A DNA stretch of 64,000 nucleotides from Coriobacteriia bacterium (GTDB taxonomy: Bacteria > Actinomycetota > Coriobacteriia > WRKU01 > WQUG01), in the NCBI GenBank assembly GCA_009781115.1, contig WQYT01000001.1, forward strand, positions 13,413-77,412, given 5' to 3'. Positions 18,001-27,140 of the stretch are shown here, piece after piece (the first letter of the stretch is position 1; each line of letters starts with the position of its first letter). The notes under the pieces are model-generated. The model was not told where the DNA came from. It did no database searches and saw only the letters and a list, made by a program, of their open reading frames with translations. The translations under genes and the position numbers were made by a program.

Positions 18001-21000
18001 GAGTCTGTTGCCACAGTCATCAATGGCGCAGCTCGTGGTGATATCTTGCGGCGTAGCGCTTGTTGCCAGCTGCACTGAATGCTCAATGGTTTTCTGGGAG
18101 TTCCCGTCACAAGCGAAGTCTGAGTAATCCTTGATATCGAAGATATAGGAACCATCAGCATTCTTAGAGAGGGCAGTCTTTTCCTGAGTAGTAAAGCCTT
18201 GGGTGTTGTAGCTGTATTCAGTGCGCTTGCGCGCCCCATTGGCAGCAATCAGCTTTTCTGTCACAAGTATGTTTCCTTTGCTGTCAACGTCATTCCAGGT
18301 CACAGCTCGGGCGTTATCGATCATCTTAATCAGGTCGTTTGCGCTGTTGTAGTAGTACCAGGTCTCAAGCCCTGCCTTGTCGAGAGCGTAAGTCTGATTT
18401 CCCCTGCTGTCATAATCTGACTTGGTGGCGCCTGCCACCCCTACTGAAGCGGGGCAATTAGTAAAGGTAAGCCCATCGGCAGATGCAGATACCGGGTCTT
18501 TAGTCACGATGACCTGGTTGTAGGCATTGTAACTGGTATTTGTTCCATAAAGCTGGTCGACCGAAGCAGACGCCCATATCTCCTGCCCTGTTGGATCAGT
18601 AAGAAATACCTGTCTTTCTTGCCCGGCAGCAAAGCCACCTTGAGCTGTGGCCGAGCCTTTGTCCAATACAGCCTGGCCCACATTGGTTGAGCGCTTGGAA
18701 TAGGTCATGGTAGCAGGAGCAGGCGGGGCGCCTGAAGTGGTATGAGCAAAGCTCACTGAAGCGGTACCGTAAGTGATCGTAGCGCTGTCTTGTCCCCTGC
18801 TGACAGAGGTGATGCGCCCGGAAGCATCTGAAGTAAAGGTGTCGGTGACTTCCCGTGGGCTGCCTTCATATTCAGTCACGGTCATATTGTTGCCACTGAT
18901 TGCATAGGTAAAGGTCTTTGAAGCAGATACGCCTTCTAAGGTGAGGGTATAGCTTGTTGCAGAGTCCTTTGCCAGCTCCAACTTCTGCCCATTGGCAGCC
19001 GTGATGATAGCTCCTCCCGATCCATAACTGTAGGTAGTTTTGTTGTTATTGCGATCACAATCTGAAGTGATCTTTCCGTCAGATCCAAAGAGATGCTGGG
19101 CTCCATCGGCATCCTTTAAAGTGAACCCTGAACTTGTTTTTGTCAGTGTCGAGAACATGCCGGCAGGTGAGAGGTAGGTATCCGTGTTCTTGGGGTCCTG
19201 AGCAAAGAGAATGACCGTTCCGGCGCCATCCGTATACTGTACAGCACCCGTAGAAAGCGTAGTCATATTCTGCTCAAAGCTAAAACGCCAGCCTTTAGGA
19301 AGATAGCTTGAGGTAGAAGCCATATCTGAGAGGTAGGTACGGCTTACTGCGGCAGCAGGACCATAGGTAGCGATCGTAAGGTCGTCAGAGATGATACGGG
19401 TAGCCGCTCTGCCCTCTGCGGCCTCAACAGATTGCCCTGCAACAGTTCCTAACTGCGTATAGCCCGGGTTGGGATTATCAGACACTCTGACGGTACGGTT
19501 ATCCAGCGTGGGCGATACCACACTCGCAGAATAGACGGCGGTCTCTCCATTGGCGTCATAGGCCGCTACCCTGAACCAGTAGTTGACGTTGTTTTGATAG
19601 GTGGTCGTCTTTGATTTGCGATAGATCGCATTAGGGTTATCACGCAGATCAAGTCCGGATCCTGCAAAGGTATCGACATTGGTTCCGCTTGAGAGGTTGC
19701 CGCCAATAAAGCGCTTGGAGGTTGCGTCATAGCTAAACGACACCATGCACTTGGTAGCCTGGTCTGACTGGAGCCATGAATCAGTAAGCAAGTGGCTGGA
19801 TAGCGAGACTTTGTAGGTACGCGCAAGGTTAGTGCTCGTCCATTCCATCAGATAGAGGTTATATCCATCGGAGGTCACGCTGTCAAAGCTTCCAAAGGCT
19901 GTGGTGTTTGCTACAGAGATACTCCAGTCCTTTTCGAAGTGCCCGGTATCGTTGTATTGACGCACGCTGAATCCCTGACCCACTTTGCCTACTGAATAGA
20001 TATGGGCGCCATCACTGGTAAGCATCACCCCATAGCCAGTAGTTCCTGCTGCGATATCAGTACCCGCACTATAGCTGAGCAAAGGTTTATCAAAAGTGAA
20101 GCTTAAGCGACGCGCTGTAGTACTTTCAAAGGTTGATTCCGCGTAGGCAGCGATAGTGGTAGCGTTTGCTGTTGATGCTGTGATGGCGCCGTCATAGAGG
20201 ACCCCGTTAAGTACAAAGGCGCCAAGAGACTGCGGAACGCTGTCTGTAGTGCCTAAGATAACGGGACTTCCATAGGCAGGTTTTGCGTTTGGATAGTTTG
20301 TCTGGGTAAAGCGTACCCATTTGGCAGGTCCTTTGTAGGCGCCCCAGGCTTTGACATAGATGTACTTGCCATCAGGCACAACAATTCCGGAACCTCCGGA
20401 ACCCCCGTTGGTTCCGGTGGTATAAGGGGTTCCTGCTGGATAGGTAAGCGTAGCAGATGAGACTCTGGTTGCAGGGCTGGGACTTTGGCCTGCTGTGTAG
20501 GGGTTACCGGCATAAGTTCCATCTGCCCCATAGCCAGCTACGGTAGTATCGGTGGGATATAAGCCTGCGCCAGACGTTGACCAGGTGATGTTATTGCGCC
20601 CGAGCGTAGTCCCTACCTGACGATAGCTTACCCCATCATAGGTATAGATATGATAACCCGTTGCGTGAGAGTCAGCGCTCCATGAGAGCTTGACCGACCC
20701 CCTGCCGGCATCAGGATAGTCGTTTTTGTTATCAGCAACGCCATCTTTGTTCTTGTCGGTCTCTTTGAAGTAGGCGCCACTGGCTGAAGTTGTAGCGGAC
20801 AGGTTCTTTACGGGCTGCACCAGAGAGGAGCAGGTGATCGTGATATAAGGGGCATTGCCGCCAGCCACAGAAGAAAAAGCATGCCAGTTATTAGTAAGCG
20901 GTGTTGCCTCGGACTCATAGAGCACCAGCCCATAGAAAGCTGTACCTGAGGTAAGCGGGCCGGTAAGCGTTGATGTGATGTCATAGGTGGCCCACAGGCT

Positions 21001-22308
21001 TGTTCCGGTAATAGATGTCGAAGCAATCGCCGAAGACATCGCTGGTTTGTTGTTCCAGTTTACGTTGGTAGGAATAGCAGCTGACGCCTGAGCAAGATAG
21101 CTTGTAGCAGCAGCCGTAGTGAAACAGCGGGTTTGATAAGCGCTGAAGGTGACTTTGCTGACTGAGACCCCCGCCAGATTAGGCAGAGCATCAAAGGTGA
21201 TATAGCTACGGTATTTATTGCCCGTTGAGGTAGTACAGCCAGCAAGAAGTTCTGTTTGATGAAGCGTGGTAGTGGGGCTCACCGAGTTGACGCAGGCATC
21301 TGCAGCCACCGCAACGGTAGCCGTTGGATCGATCTTTACCGGCCATGCACGGTCTTTTGAGCCGAGCCAGTCTTCATTAATAGTAGCCCGAAAACGAGCA
21401 GAAGCCGCAGAAGAAGACAGGAGCTCCCAGGAAGTGTTGGGACAGATGCTACTGCCCGCTTGTCCTGTGCCTGAATCTTCTACAACCAGATCAGACAGCA
21501 AATAAGCGACGCTGCCGTCTGCTTTGACTAACTCCCACGTACCTTTATCTTGCTTAAGACTCAGTCCTGAGAAATCAAGCCTGAAGTCATAGGTGTTTTT
21601 AGTAGTGGGGGTATTAAGGAGCAGGGTCTCTTTTACTCCGCCTGAAAGCGCTTGATATTGCAGGGTGGTGTTGCCTGTCGGGTCAAGGTAGACGGCAGTG
21701 TCACCCAACGTTAAAGGTGAAGAAAGTTGTTGTCCGCAATAGGTGAAGGAGACGCTATAGGGAGCAGATGACGTTGTGTCCGCCGATATAGTTGCCGCTC
21801 CTGTTCCTGAGGCAGAAAAGGATGTCTTATTTTCAGTGGAAAGGGTCGTAACAGCGCCAACCGGAGAATCAGAACCTGATGCAACTAAGTTCGTCGAAAT
21901 GTCTACAAACTGATTATGATCGCCTTTGTAATGAATATCTCCTGTGGAAGCTACTATCTGTCGCTGACCATCAGAAAGCTCATAGGTCTTAGTCGTAGCA
22001 GTACGCTCTTCGATGATCTCACGCACACGTTTAGCATGGGGATCCTTAACTTGAGGTTTTACAACAGCGGCAGGATCAGGAATAGCGTCAGCGGGAGCAG
22101 TATAGGTAGCTTCACCTGAGCCAAGAGGAGGGGTGGAAGCTTCCTGAGAAGGAACAGCAGTGCTCTCATGTGAAGCCGCCACAGCAGAAGCAGGAATGAG
22201 CGCCAGAAGGAGAACGGCAGAAAGGAAAAAACATAACAACCTGCGTAAAGGACTGGTAAAACAGCCCTCGTCAAATGTAGGCACCGACAACTGATTTGTT
22301 TTCTTCAT
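15079..22308 (-). CDS. Sec-secreted RHS/YD-repeat polymorphic toxin (2409 aa) with C-terminal peptidoglycan-binding domain plus Cys/His toxin-like domain
   Basis: N-terminal signal peptide; dozens of YD repeats (YDxxGN, YTYDGLSRI...); RHS core terminates PVGGTDPSGL (DPxGL). A 207-aa tail follows: PG_binding_1-like (LQRRLN...DGIFGTNTLAAVKKFQ...DGIVGPKTW) and a 137-aa Cys/His domain (NCYSYAM...HGYGYWSEKHGH). AAGGAAGG RBS. GC markedly lower than flanks, lowest in the tail. Confidence 0.9.
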   Translation of the reverse strand: MKKTNQLSVPTFDEGCFTSPLRRLLCFFLSAVLLLALIPASAVAASHESTAVPSQEASTPPLGSGEATYTAPADAIPDPAAVVKPQVKDPHAKRVREIIEERTATTKTYELSDGQRQIVASTGDIHYKGDHNQFVDISTNLVASGSDSPVGAVTTLSTENKTSFSASGTGAATISADTTSSAPYSVSFTYCGQQLSSPLTLGDTAVYLDPTGNTTLQYQALSGGVKETLLLNTPTTKNTYDFRLDFSGLSLKQDKGTWELVKADGSVAYLLSDLVVEDSGTGQAGSSICPNTSWELLSSSAASARFRATINEDWLGSKDRAWPVKIDPTATVAVAADACVNSVSPTTTLHQTELLAGCTTSTGNKYRSYITFDALPNLAGVSVSKVTFSAYQTRCFTTAAATSYLAQASAAIPTNVNWNNKPAMSSAIASTSITGTSLWATYDITSTLTGPLTSGTAFYGLVLYESEATPLTNNWHAFSSVAGGNAPYITITCSSLVQPVKNLSATTSASGAYFKETDKNKDGVADNKNDYPDAGRGSVKLSWSADSHATGYHIYTYDGVSYRQVGTTLGRNNITWSTSGAGLYPTDTTVAGYGADGTYAGNPYTAGQSPSPATRVSSATLTYPAGTPYTTGTNGGSGGSGIVVPDGKYIYVKAWGAYKGPAKWVRFTQTNYPNAKPAYGSPVILGTTDSVPQSLGAFVLNGVLYDGAITASTANATTIAAYAESTFESTTARRLSFTFDKPLLSYSAGTDIAAGTTGYGVMLTSDGAHIYSVGKVGQGFSVRQYNDTGHFEKDWSISVANTTAFGSFDSVTSDGYNLYLMEWTSTNLARTYKVSLSSHLLTDSWLQSDQATKCMVSFSYDATSKRFIGGNLSSGTNVDTFAGSGLDLRDNPNAIYRKSKTTTYQNNVNYWFRVAAYDANGETAVYSASVVSPTLDNRTVRVSDNPNPGYTQLGTVAGQSVEAAEGRAATRIISDDLTIATYGPAAAVSRTYLSDMASTSSYLPKGWRFSFEQNMTTLSTGAVQYTDGAGTVILFAQDPKNTDTYLSPAGMFSTLTKTSSGFTLKDADGAQHLFGSDGKITSDCDRNNNKTTYSYGSGGAIITAANGQKLELAKDSATSYTLTLEGVSASKTFTYAISGNNMTVTEYEGSPREVTDTFTSDASGRITSVSRGQDSATITYGTASVSFAHTTSGAPPAPATMTYSKRSTNVGQAVLDKGSATAQGGFAAGQERQVFLTDPTGQEIWASASVDQLYGTNTSYNAYNQVIVTKDPVSASADGLTFTNCPASVGVAGATKSDYDSRGNQTYALDKAGLETWYYYNSANDLIKMIDNARAVTWNDVDSKGNILVTEKLIAANGARKRTEYSYNTQGFTTQEKTALSKNADGSYIFDIKDYSDFACDGNSQKTIEHSVQLATSATPQDITTSCAIDDCGNRLSNTDGRGIITDTSTYDVAGSLLTSTDKTGLVTTNVYDNLGNVTETYQLPSGSSVKSNWTKTTYDAQGNTLTASSLDSAGTAVEITTMTHDVLGREAVSDSNSEQGASVTTCDLAGNVIQAKSEGTLDGVTTTTKYDASGQEIQSSNVLGTTTTPYSAPTTTTYNAAGNVTSTKTTGQPDQSTTYDVSGNAITQTNGGVTDTCDYDLVGNVISDKQSASGKPDITTVSTYDLAGRLLTTKMGTQTATTNIYNVRGDILSKTDFDSVTTTYSYDRAGNQLTEKVGADDPTTTTYDNASRVTKQVNPDGTEVDYTYDGLSRITEQKELKDTVVLKDIATTFDSAGRPSVIDESVSGYKQAFTYQNTGAGINAQTVTTKTETYADGTTQTSIVNGALLASDTLTPKFGSSLSAANTSYDEGGRPTARSVGAQSSQLSYDSQGNLTGDTNLSAPGQKTYTYDANDSKLTSSSYSRLGAQSASYTYSADRTQLASAKVSGTTTAYAYNATTGDITQAGATSYSYDTAGRLAGRTSSSGGFIVSTAFSFNYDGLGRRISDDHGVTYGWSGQRLVSGYYGGTGPAKFTCAYDAEGQRLSKTAGNNTTNYLYDGTKLVSLAAKSSTETQSIIYLYGSGSTPVGACYSTTTTATTAPVNFEIVSDARGDVRELRDTNGDTFARYDYDAFGNITSDTEFATSLIALDLAQQISAAQPLRYAGYVWDAEAGLYYCSQRYYDPTTASFISRDPVKADGEKSPYMYCAGEPVGGTDPSGLDSTVRYGSQGATVKKLQRRLNTFTVRGSNGKALAEDGIFGTNTLAAVKKFQSMNGLIVDGIVGPKTWGWINEPTANFNCYSYAMNIHSGCKYPNDSLSTVENFRKTVIKQVGSSKARAISGKNASTYSNEYRIAIRVCSFDFHFMKQDTHGYGYWSEKHGHISSPISEIQYHNFSVNPDVWGKNYGNNGGIIYNSKTLYLAIKFKRQ

Positions 22309-22377
22309 GAGCTATCCTTCCTTAGACGAACTCTTTTACACAGATATAGTAGTAAGAAAAGAGGTTATCTGAACAGT

Positions 22378-22423
22378 GTGAAATCACCTGATTTTCGGAA
22401 TTAGCAAATTCAGGTGATTTCAC
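22378..22423. promoter_or_regulatory. Perfect 14-bp inverted repeat with 18-bp spacer (GTGAAATCACCTGA-N18-TCAGGTGATTTCAC) upstream of the RHS gene
   Basis: Arms read directly at 22378-22391 and 22410-22423. Lies 70-115 bp upstream of the RHS ATG, just upstream of a TACTAT/TATATC -10-like region; adjacent LuxR regulator gene. Confidence 0.4.
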
Positions 22424-22479
22424 CTGTATCAAAAAAGGCTCCGCTGGTCGTATTTGGGAGAATTACATAAGCTGCTTGC

Positions 22480-23868
22480 TTAAAGTTCGCCGTTGCGGAA
22501 CTTATTAACCAGCATAATGCGATTTCTTGAACCTGTTTTTGATAAGAGCGAATTGACATGGTTTTGCACCGTGGTTGTCTTAACGCCCATTACTGCAGCG
22601 ATCTCCTCGGTGCCTTTACTGTTGGCAAGCAATTGCACGACCTCTAATTCTCGACCGGTAAACGAGGTTTTTGTTAAAACAGTTTGCTTATGTTCAGTAA
22701 CTTCCGGCTGATTCTTCTGCGGCAAAGCATCCAGGAAAATCAGAAGCACAAATACCAAAACCGCAAAAAGGATAATGGTTAACGGCAACAGAAACTCTGC
22801 CCGCCTGGCAAAGTCTGCCACTGAAAGCCCCAGCACATGCAAGTTTAAAAAGCCCTCACTGGAAAAATACACGAGCAAGCCCAAGCCTGCAATGAAGCCC
22901 TTATGCGAACGCCGCGCAGCCGCGATCATACAAAGAATATGGATAAGAAACACACAGCCTTTTACCCCAAGGTTGAGCAATAGATAAGCCATATTGTTTC
23001 CCGGAGAGTCCCCGTAAAGAAAAAGGGGCAGAAGGCAGCCCAACACCAGCAAAACAATCGGGATAGCCATGTTCAGTATACTGAATCGCTTATCTATCAA
23101 ATACCCTAAAAGAGCGCCAAAGGGAATGCGCAAAATGATAATGACCAAATAAAGGAACGGTATGCTTGCTGTCCCCCCTTGCTTTTCTAACGTTCCTGAA
23201 TTCATCACCTGTCCCAAAAGAACCAGGATGGTGAGCCCAACCAATAAAAGACCCAGACTACGCGAAGCCAAAACTCTCGATTCCAATGGATCTGGACTCC
23301 CTACGTCTTCGTTGCTTTTTGGCCAAAAATAAAACGCCGCAGATAAAAGCACCACCAAGATAAGAAACCCTATCGTAGTGATGGGTGTCTTTGGAAGAAG
23401 CGCCGATAAAAATTGGTAACCAAGTTTGAAGGGATATATCGCAAGAGAATAGAGGCTTGCAGAAATGCCGATTTTCAGCCCCCGGTTTCGCGCGTCGCCA
23501 CTTTCAAGGAAACTCACCAGCACCGCACAAACAAATAGTCCAATAATAATACCAAACCCGACAGATAGGACGATCAAAAACGACGTCCCTTGAAATGCAA
23601 GCATCCCGATACTGTATATCAGCAAAAGAATCGGCGCTAGGCCACGATAGGCGCGACAAAACTGTGGGTAGAAATGTTCAAGTAGCCCGTAAAGCAAAAT
23701 CCCCAGAGGAATCAGCTGTAGCGTAGCGTTTCCTGCAGCACTGAAACGCCCACTGGTTACATAAATAAGCTCGGCAGCGATGCCAATCGCTACCATCGAT
23801 AGACAGAGCGCTAAGAAGGGGTGATTCTTTTTACTTTTTAGCAAAAGGAGGGATTTATCGCTATCCAT
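22480..23868 (-). CDS. LuxR-family transcriptional regulator with ~10-12 TM N-terminal membrane domain
   Basis: C-terminal HTH (LEVVQLLANSKGTEEIAAVMGVKTTTVQNHVNSLLSKTG); long hydrophobic N-terminal region; AT-rich. Confidence 0.8.
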   Translation of the reverse strand: MDSDKSLLLLKSKKNHPFLALCLSMVAIGIAAELIYVTSGRFSAAGNATLQLIPLGILLYGLLEHFYPQFCRAYRGLAPILLLIYSIGMLAFQGTSFLIVLSVGFGIIIGLFVCAVLVSFLESGDARNRGLKIGISASLYSLAIYPFKLGYQFLSALLPKTPITTIGFLILVVLLSAAFYFWPKSNEDVGSPDPLESRVLASRSLGLLLVGLTILVLLGQVMNSGTLEKQGGTASIPFLYLVIIILRIPFGALLGYLIDKRFSILNMAIPIVLLVLGCLLPLFLYGDSPGNNMAYLLLNLGVKGCVFLIHILCMIAAARRSHKGFIAGLGLLVYFSSEGFLNLHVLGLSVADFARRAEFLLPLTIILFAVLVFVLLIFLDALPQKNQPEVTEHKQTVLTKTSFTGRELEVVQLLANSKGTEEIAAVMGVKTTTVQNHVNSLLSKTGSRNRIMLVNKFRNGEL

Positions 23869-24031
23869 CTTTCTCTCTCCGTTTCATCTATTTTAGAATT
23901 TTAATTTCAATATCGAGTTTTTTATTAAATCTTATTATAAAGCTTTACGTTCAGATAAAACAATTCAAATAGTCAACGGCTGGATTGCGGCGTCGCGCAT
24001 TGATGGGGATCTTTTGCCAGCCCAAACGAGC

Positions 24032-24056
24032 GACGCGCCGGGTCGTCGCGCCCTAC
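24032..24056. repeat. REP hairpin copy plus adjacent GCATTGATGNGGGTCTNTTGGCAG direct repeats (23996-24140)
   Basis: Direct read. Confidence 0.6.
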
Positions 24057-24182
24057 GCATTGATGCGGGTCTGTTGGCAGCCCCAAGCGCATACATTAAT
24101 GCGGGTCTCTTGGCGGGTCAGACGCGCGCATTGATGCAGAGCAGTTTCCCGTGCCAAAGCTAACATGAATTAATGTAGCTTA

Positions 24183-26762
24183 TTACCACTTTGTGCGGCG
24201 GTGGCGCTGGATGGCTTTTACGGCTTCGTACCAGAAGACTGAGAGGGCGGCAGCAGCGATTACCGCAAGCATTCGCGCTGGGCTCAGCGGCGCCAGCTGG
24301 AAGAGCCCGGCCAGCGGGGTGTAGAGTATGGCCGCAATGCCCACCAGCGTTGCGATGTTGACGATGCCAATCACACGGTCGCCGAACAAGTACCTGAAGT
24401 TCGCCGTAACCGGCGCGGTGTTAGAGCTGTTGACCTGCACCAAAAAGAGGTTGGCCAGAAACACCACGCAGAGCCCCATTGCGCGCGCTACCGGGGCGCT
24501 TGCTCCCGTTTTCAGGCTGTAGTAGTACAGCCCAAAGCTCGCCGCAAAAACACAGAGGCCTTGCAGCAGGCTCTTGACCAGCACCGCGCGTGACAGGATG
24601 CCCTCGCGCGGGTCGCGGGGGGGCCGCCGCATGACATCGCGCTCTGCCGGTTGGCGCTCAAAGACGATCGAGCAGGTCGGGTCGATGATGAGCTCCAGCA
24701 GCAGCACATGCGCGGGCAATAGCATGAGCTGCGCCGGGTTCAGATGCAGCAAGGGCGCAAGCAGCGCCGTCAGCATGATCGGGATGTGGATCGTGAAGAT
24801 GTAGCCGATGGCCTTGCGGATATTCTCGTAAATCCGGCGCCCGTCTTCGACGGTGGCCGTGATGGTCGCAAAGTTGTCATCAAGCAGAATCAGGTCGGCT
24901 GCCTCGCGCGAAACCTCAGAGCCCCGCTTGCCCATCGCAACGCCGATGTCGGCGTACTTAAGCGCGGGCGCGTCGTTGACGCCGTCACCGGTCATGGCGA
25001 CAATCGCGCCGTTAGCGCGAAACGCCTTAACGATGCTCATCTTATCTGCTGGCAACACGCGCGAGAAGATGTTGGTGGTCTGGACCCGCGTTTGCAGCTC
25101 GTCTGCGCTGAGCTGCGCCAAATCGGCGCCGGTGCAGACCTGATCGCTGTGCGCAATGCCGACACGGGCCGCAATGGCGCTGGCCGTAAGCCCGTTATCC
25201 CCGGTGATCATGACCACGCGGATCCCCGCCCGCTGGCACTGCGCGATATCTGCCGCCACGCCCTCGCGCGGCGGGTCGGCCAGGCCGATCAGGCCGGCAA
25301 GCGTCAGGCGGCAGTCTGCCAGCGACGCTGGCAGCGCCTCGCGCGAGGCCGGATGCGCGAAGCCCACGGCGATCACGCGCAGGCCCTGCTCGGAAAACGC
25401 GCGCAATTGTGCGGCGGCGGCATCGCGCTCTTCTGCCGTCAGGTCGCAGATCGCCAGAATCGACTCGGGCGAGCCCTTGGCCGCTACCGTCAGGCGGCCC
25501 TCGTGGACCCAGACATGGCCCATCATTTTGGCCTCATCAGTAAAGGCATATTCGCTGACAAAATCGCTGGTCGCCGATTCAAAGAGGTGCGCGGTTGTGA
25601 TGCCATGGTCCTCGCAGGCGCGCAGCATGGCTTGCTCCATCGGGTCGTAGGCTGACGTTTCGCAGGCCAGGCCCATCGTCTCATAGAGGCCTTCCGTGTC
25701 GCCTGCGGGGCTCCAGTCACGGGTGACCGTCATGCGGTTTTGTGTGATCGTGCCGGTCTTGTCCACGCACAGCACCGATATCGCGCCCAGCGTTTCAAGC
25801 GCGGGCAGGCGGCGAATCAGGGAGTGCTTTTTTGCCAGACGCCAGGCGCCCATCGAGAGAAATACCGCCAGCACGACCGGGAACTCCTCCGGGATCATGG
25901 CCATCGCCAACGTGATGCCGGCCAGGACGGAGTCGATCAGGCGGTTTTTGGGCAGCAGATCGCCCAGGTTAAAATACGTGATGACCACGGCCAGCGTGCA
26001 GAACACAACGGCAATGATGACGCAGACCTTGACGACTTTGGATATCTGCTTTTCGAGCGGCGTGGGGCGCTCGGGCGCCTCGGCGATGTGGACGCCGATC
26101 TTGCCGTACTCGGTCTGGGCGCCTATTGCGTCAACGAGGACCGTCGCCGAGCCCTGGGTAACCAGCGTCCCGGCGTAGCAGTAGTCGCGGCGCCAGTACT
26201 CTTCTGGTACGGGAGTGGTGGTGGTTGGGGCAGCGGCGTCAGTTGGGGGTGCGGGTGTCGCGTCCTCATCGGGCGCCGCGACGACCTTCCAGACGCCGAC
26301 CGACTCGCCCGTCAGGGAGGACTCATCAACGCACAGATCGCTTGCTTTAAGAATCGTCCCATCAGCGGGGATCTTGACGCCTTCGGTAATGATGAGCATA
26401 TCTCCCGGCACCAGGTCGGTACTGGGAATCTGGCATTGAGCCCCGTCGCGAATGACGGTCGCTGTTGGCGCGGACAAGCTCTTGAGCGCGTCCAGCGTCT
26501 GATCGGTCCGCCATTCCTGAAAGATCTCGATCCCAATGACGGCAACCACGAACACGAGCATGATTGACCCATCGCGCGGCTCGTTTAACAAGAAGTAGAC
26601 AAGGGCAGCTGCGATCAACAGGATGAACATTGGTTCACGCAGGATGCCCAGCGCCTTGAGCAGAAAGCTTTTCTTTTTCTCGGGACTCAGCTCGTTTTTG
26701 CCGAACTCCTTTTGGAGTTCGGCTGCCTGCTGCGAGGTAAGTCCTGTTGTGTTCATCTGCAT
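24183..26762 (-). CDS. Cation-transporting P-type ATPase (P2-type, Ca2+/Mg2+-like)
   Basis: DKTGTIT phosphorylation motif; TGDN/GDGVNDAPAL motifs; ~10 TM. Start chosen at ATG 26762 with GGAG RBS (track start 26777 is TTG). Confidence 0.9.
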   Translation of the reverse strand: MQMNTTGLTSQQAAELQKEFGKNELSPEKKKSFLLKALGILREPMFILLIAAALVYFLLNEPRDGSIMLVFVVAVIGIEIFQEWRTDQTLDALKSLSAPTATVIRDGAQCQIPSTDLVPGDMLIITEGVKIPADGTILKASDLCVDESSLTGESVGVWKVVAAPDEDATPAPPTDAAAPTTTTPVPEEYWRRDYCYAGTLVTQGSATVLVDAIGAQTEYGKIGVHIAEAPERPTPLEKQISKVVKVCVIIAVVFCTLAVVITYFNLGDLLPKNRLIDSVLAGITLAMAMIPEEFPVVLAVFLSMGAWRLAKKHSLIRRLPALETLGAISVLCVDKTGTITQNRMTVTRDWSPAGDTEGLYETMGLACETSAYDPMEQAMLRACEDHGITTAHLFESATSDFVSEYAFTDEAKMMGHVWVHEGRLTVAAKGSPESILAICDLTAEERDAAAAQLRAFSEQGLRVIAVGFAHPASREALPASLADCRLTLAGLIGLADPPREGVAADIAQCQRAGIRVVMITGDNGLTASAIAARVGIAHSDQVCTGADLAQLSADELQTRVQTTNIFSRVLPADKMSIVKAFRANGAIVAMTGDGVNDAPALKYADIGVAMGKRGSEVSREAADLILLDDNFATITATVEDGRRIYENIRKAIGYIFTIHIPIMLTALLAPLLHLNPAQLMLLPAHVLLLELIIDPTCSIVFERQPAERDVMRRPPRDPREGILSRAVLVKSLLQGLCVFAASFGLYYYSLKTGASAPVARAMGLCVVFLANLFLVQVNSSNTAPVTANFRYLFGDRVIGIVNIATLVGIAAILYTPLAGLFQLAPLSPARMLAVIAAAALSVFWYEAVKAIQRHRRTKW

Positions 26763-26778
26763 TGCCACTCCTACCAAA

Positions 26779-27050
26779 GGCGCGCCGGGTCGTCGCGCCC
26801 TACATGGTCGTTGCCAAGACCGAGTCGGTTGCCCAGTGCCGACGGCCCATGGTCGTTGCCAGGACCGAATCGGTTGCCCTACCAGAAGCGCGCCGGGTCG
26901 TCGCGCCCTACATGGTCGTTGCCAAGACCGAATCGGTTGCCCAGTGCCGACGGCCCATGGTCGTTGCCAGGACCGAGTCGGTTGCCCAGTGCCGACGGCC
27001 CATGGTCGTTGCCAGGACCGGGTCGGTTGCCCAGTGCCGACGGCTTTGCC
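26779..27050. repeat. Tandem array (~5.3 copies of a 45-bp unit ATGGTCGTTGCCARGACCGARTCGGTTGCCCAGTGCCGACGGCCC) with two embedded REP hairpins
   Basis: Units begin at 26804, 26849, 26912, 26957 and 27002. REP GCGCGCCGGGTCGTCGCGCCCTAC at 26779-26803 and 26888-26912. Overlapping ORF-track peptides (GRCQDRVGCP repeats) come from these DNA repeats. Confidence 0.75.
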
Positions 27051-27140
27051 AAGTGCTGCCGCTCCGGCTGACGCCAGATTATAGTATAAACGAGCTCCCC
27101 ATTGCTGGAGAGCTCGTCCTCACTCGTGATAATGAGCATC

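Noticed and set aside
12600-24000. Search for integrase, transposase, tRNA or direct-repeat att sites flanking the low-GC island
   Set aside because: None recognised in the sequence; only REP-like repeats and a short palindrome mark the edges. Mobility mechanism remains unknown.
26779-27050. Possible CRISPR array
   Set aside because: Units are contiguous near-identical 45-mers with no intervening unique spacers, and there are no cas genes; this is a plain tandem repeat.
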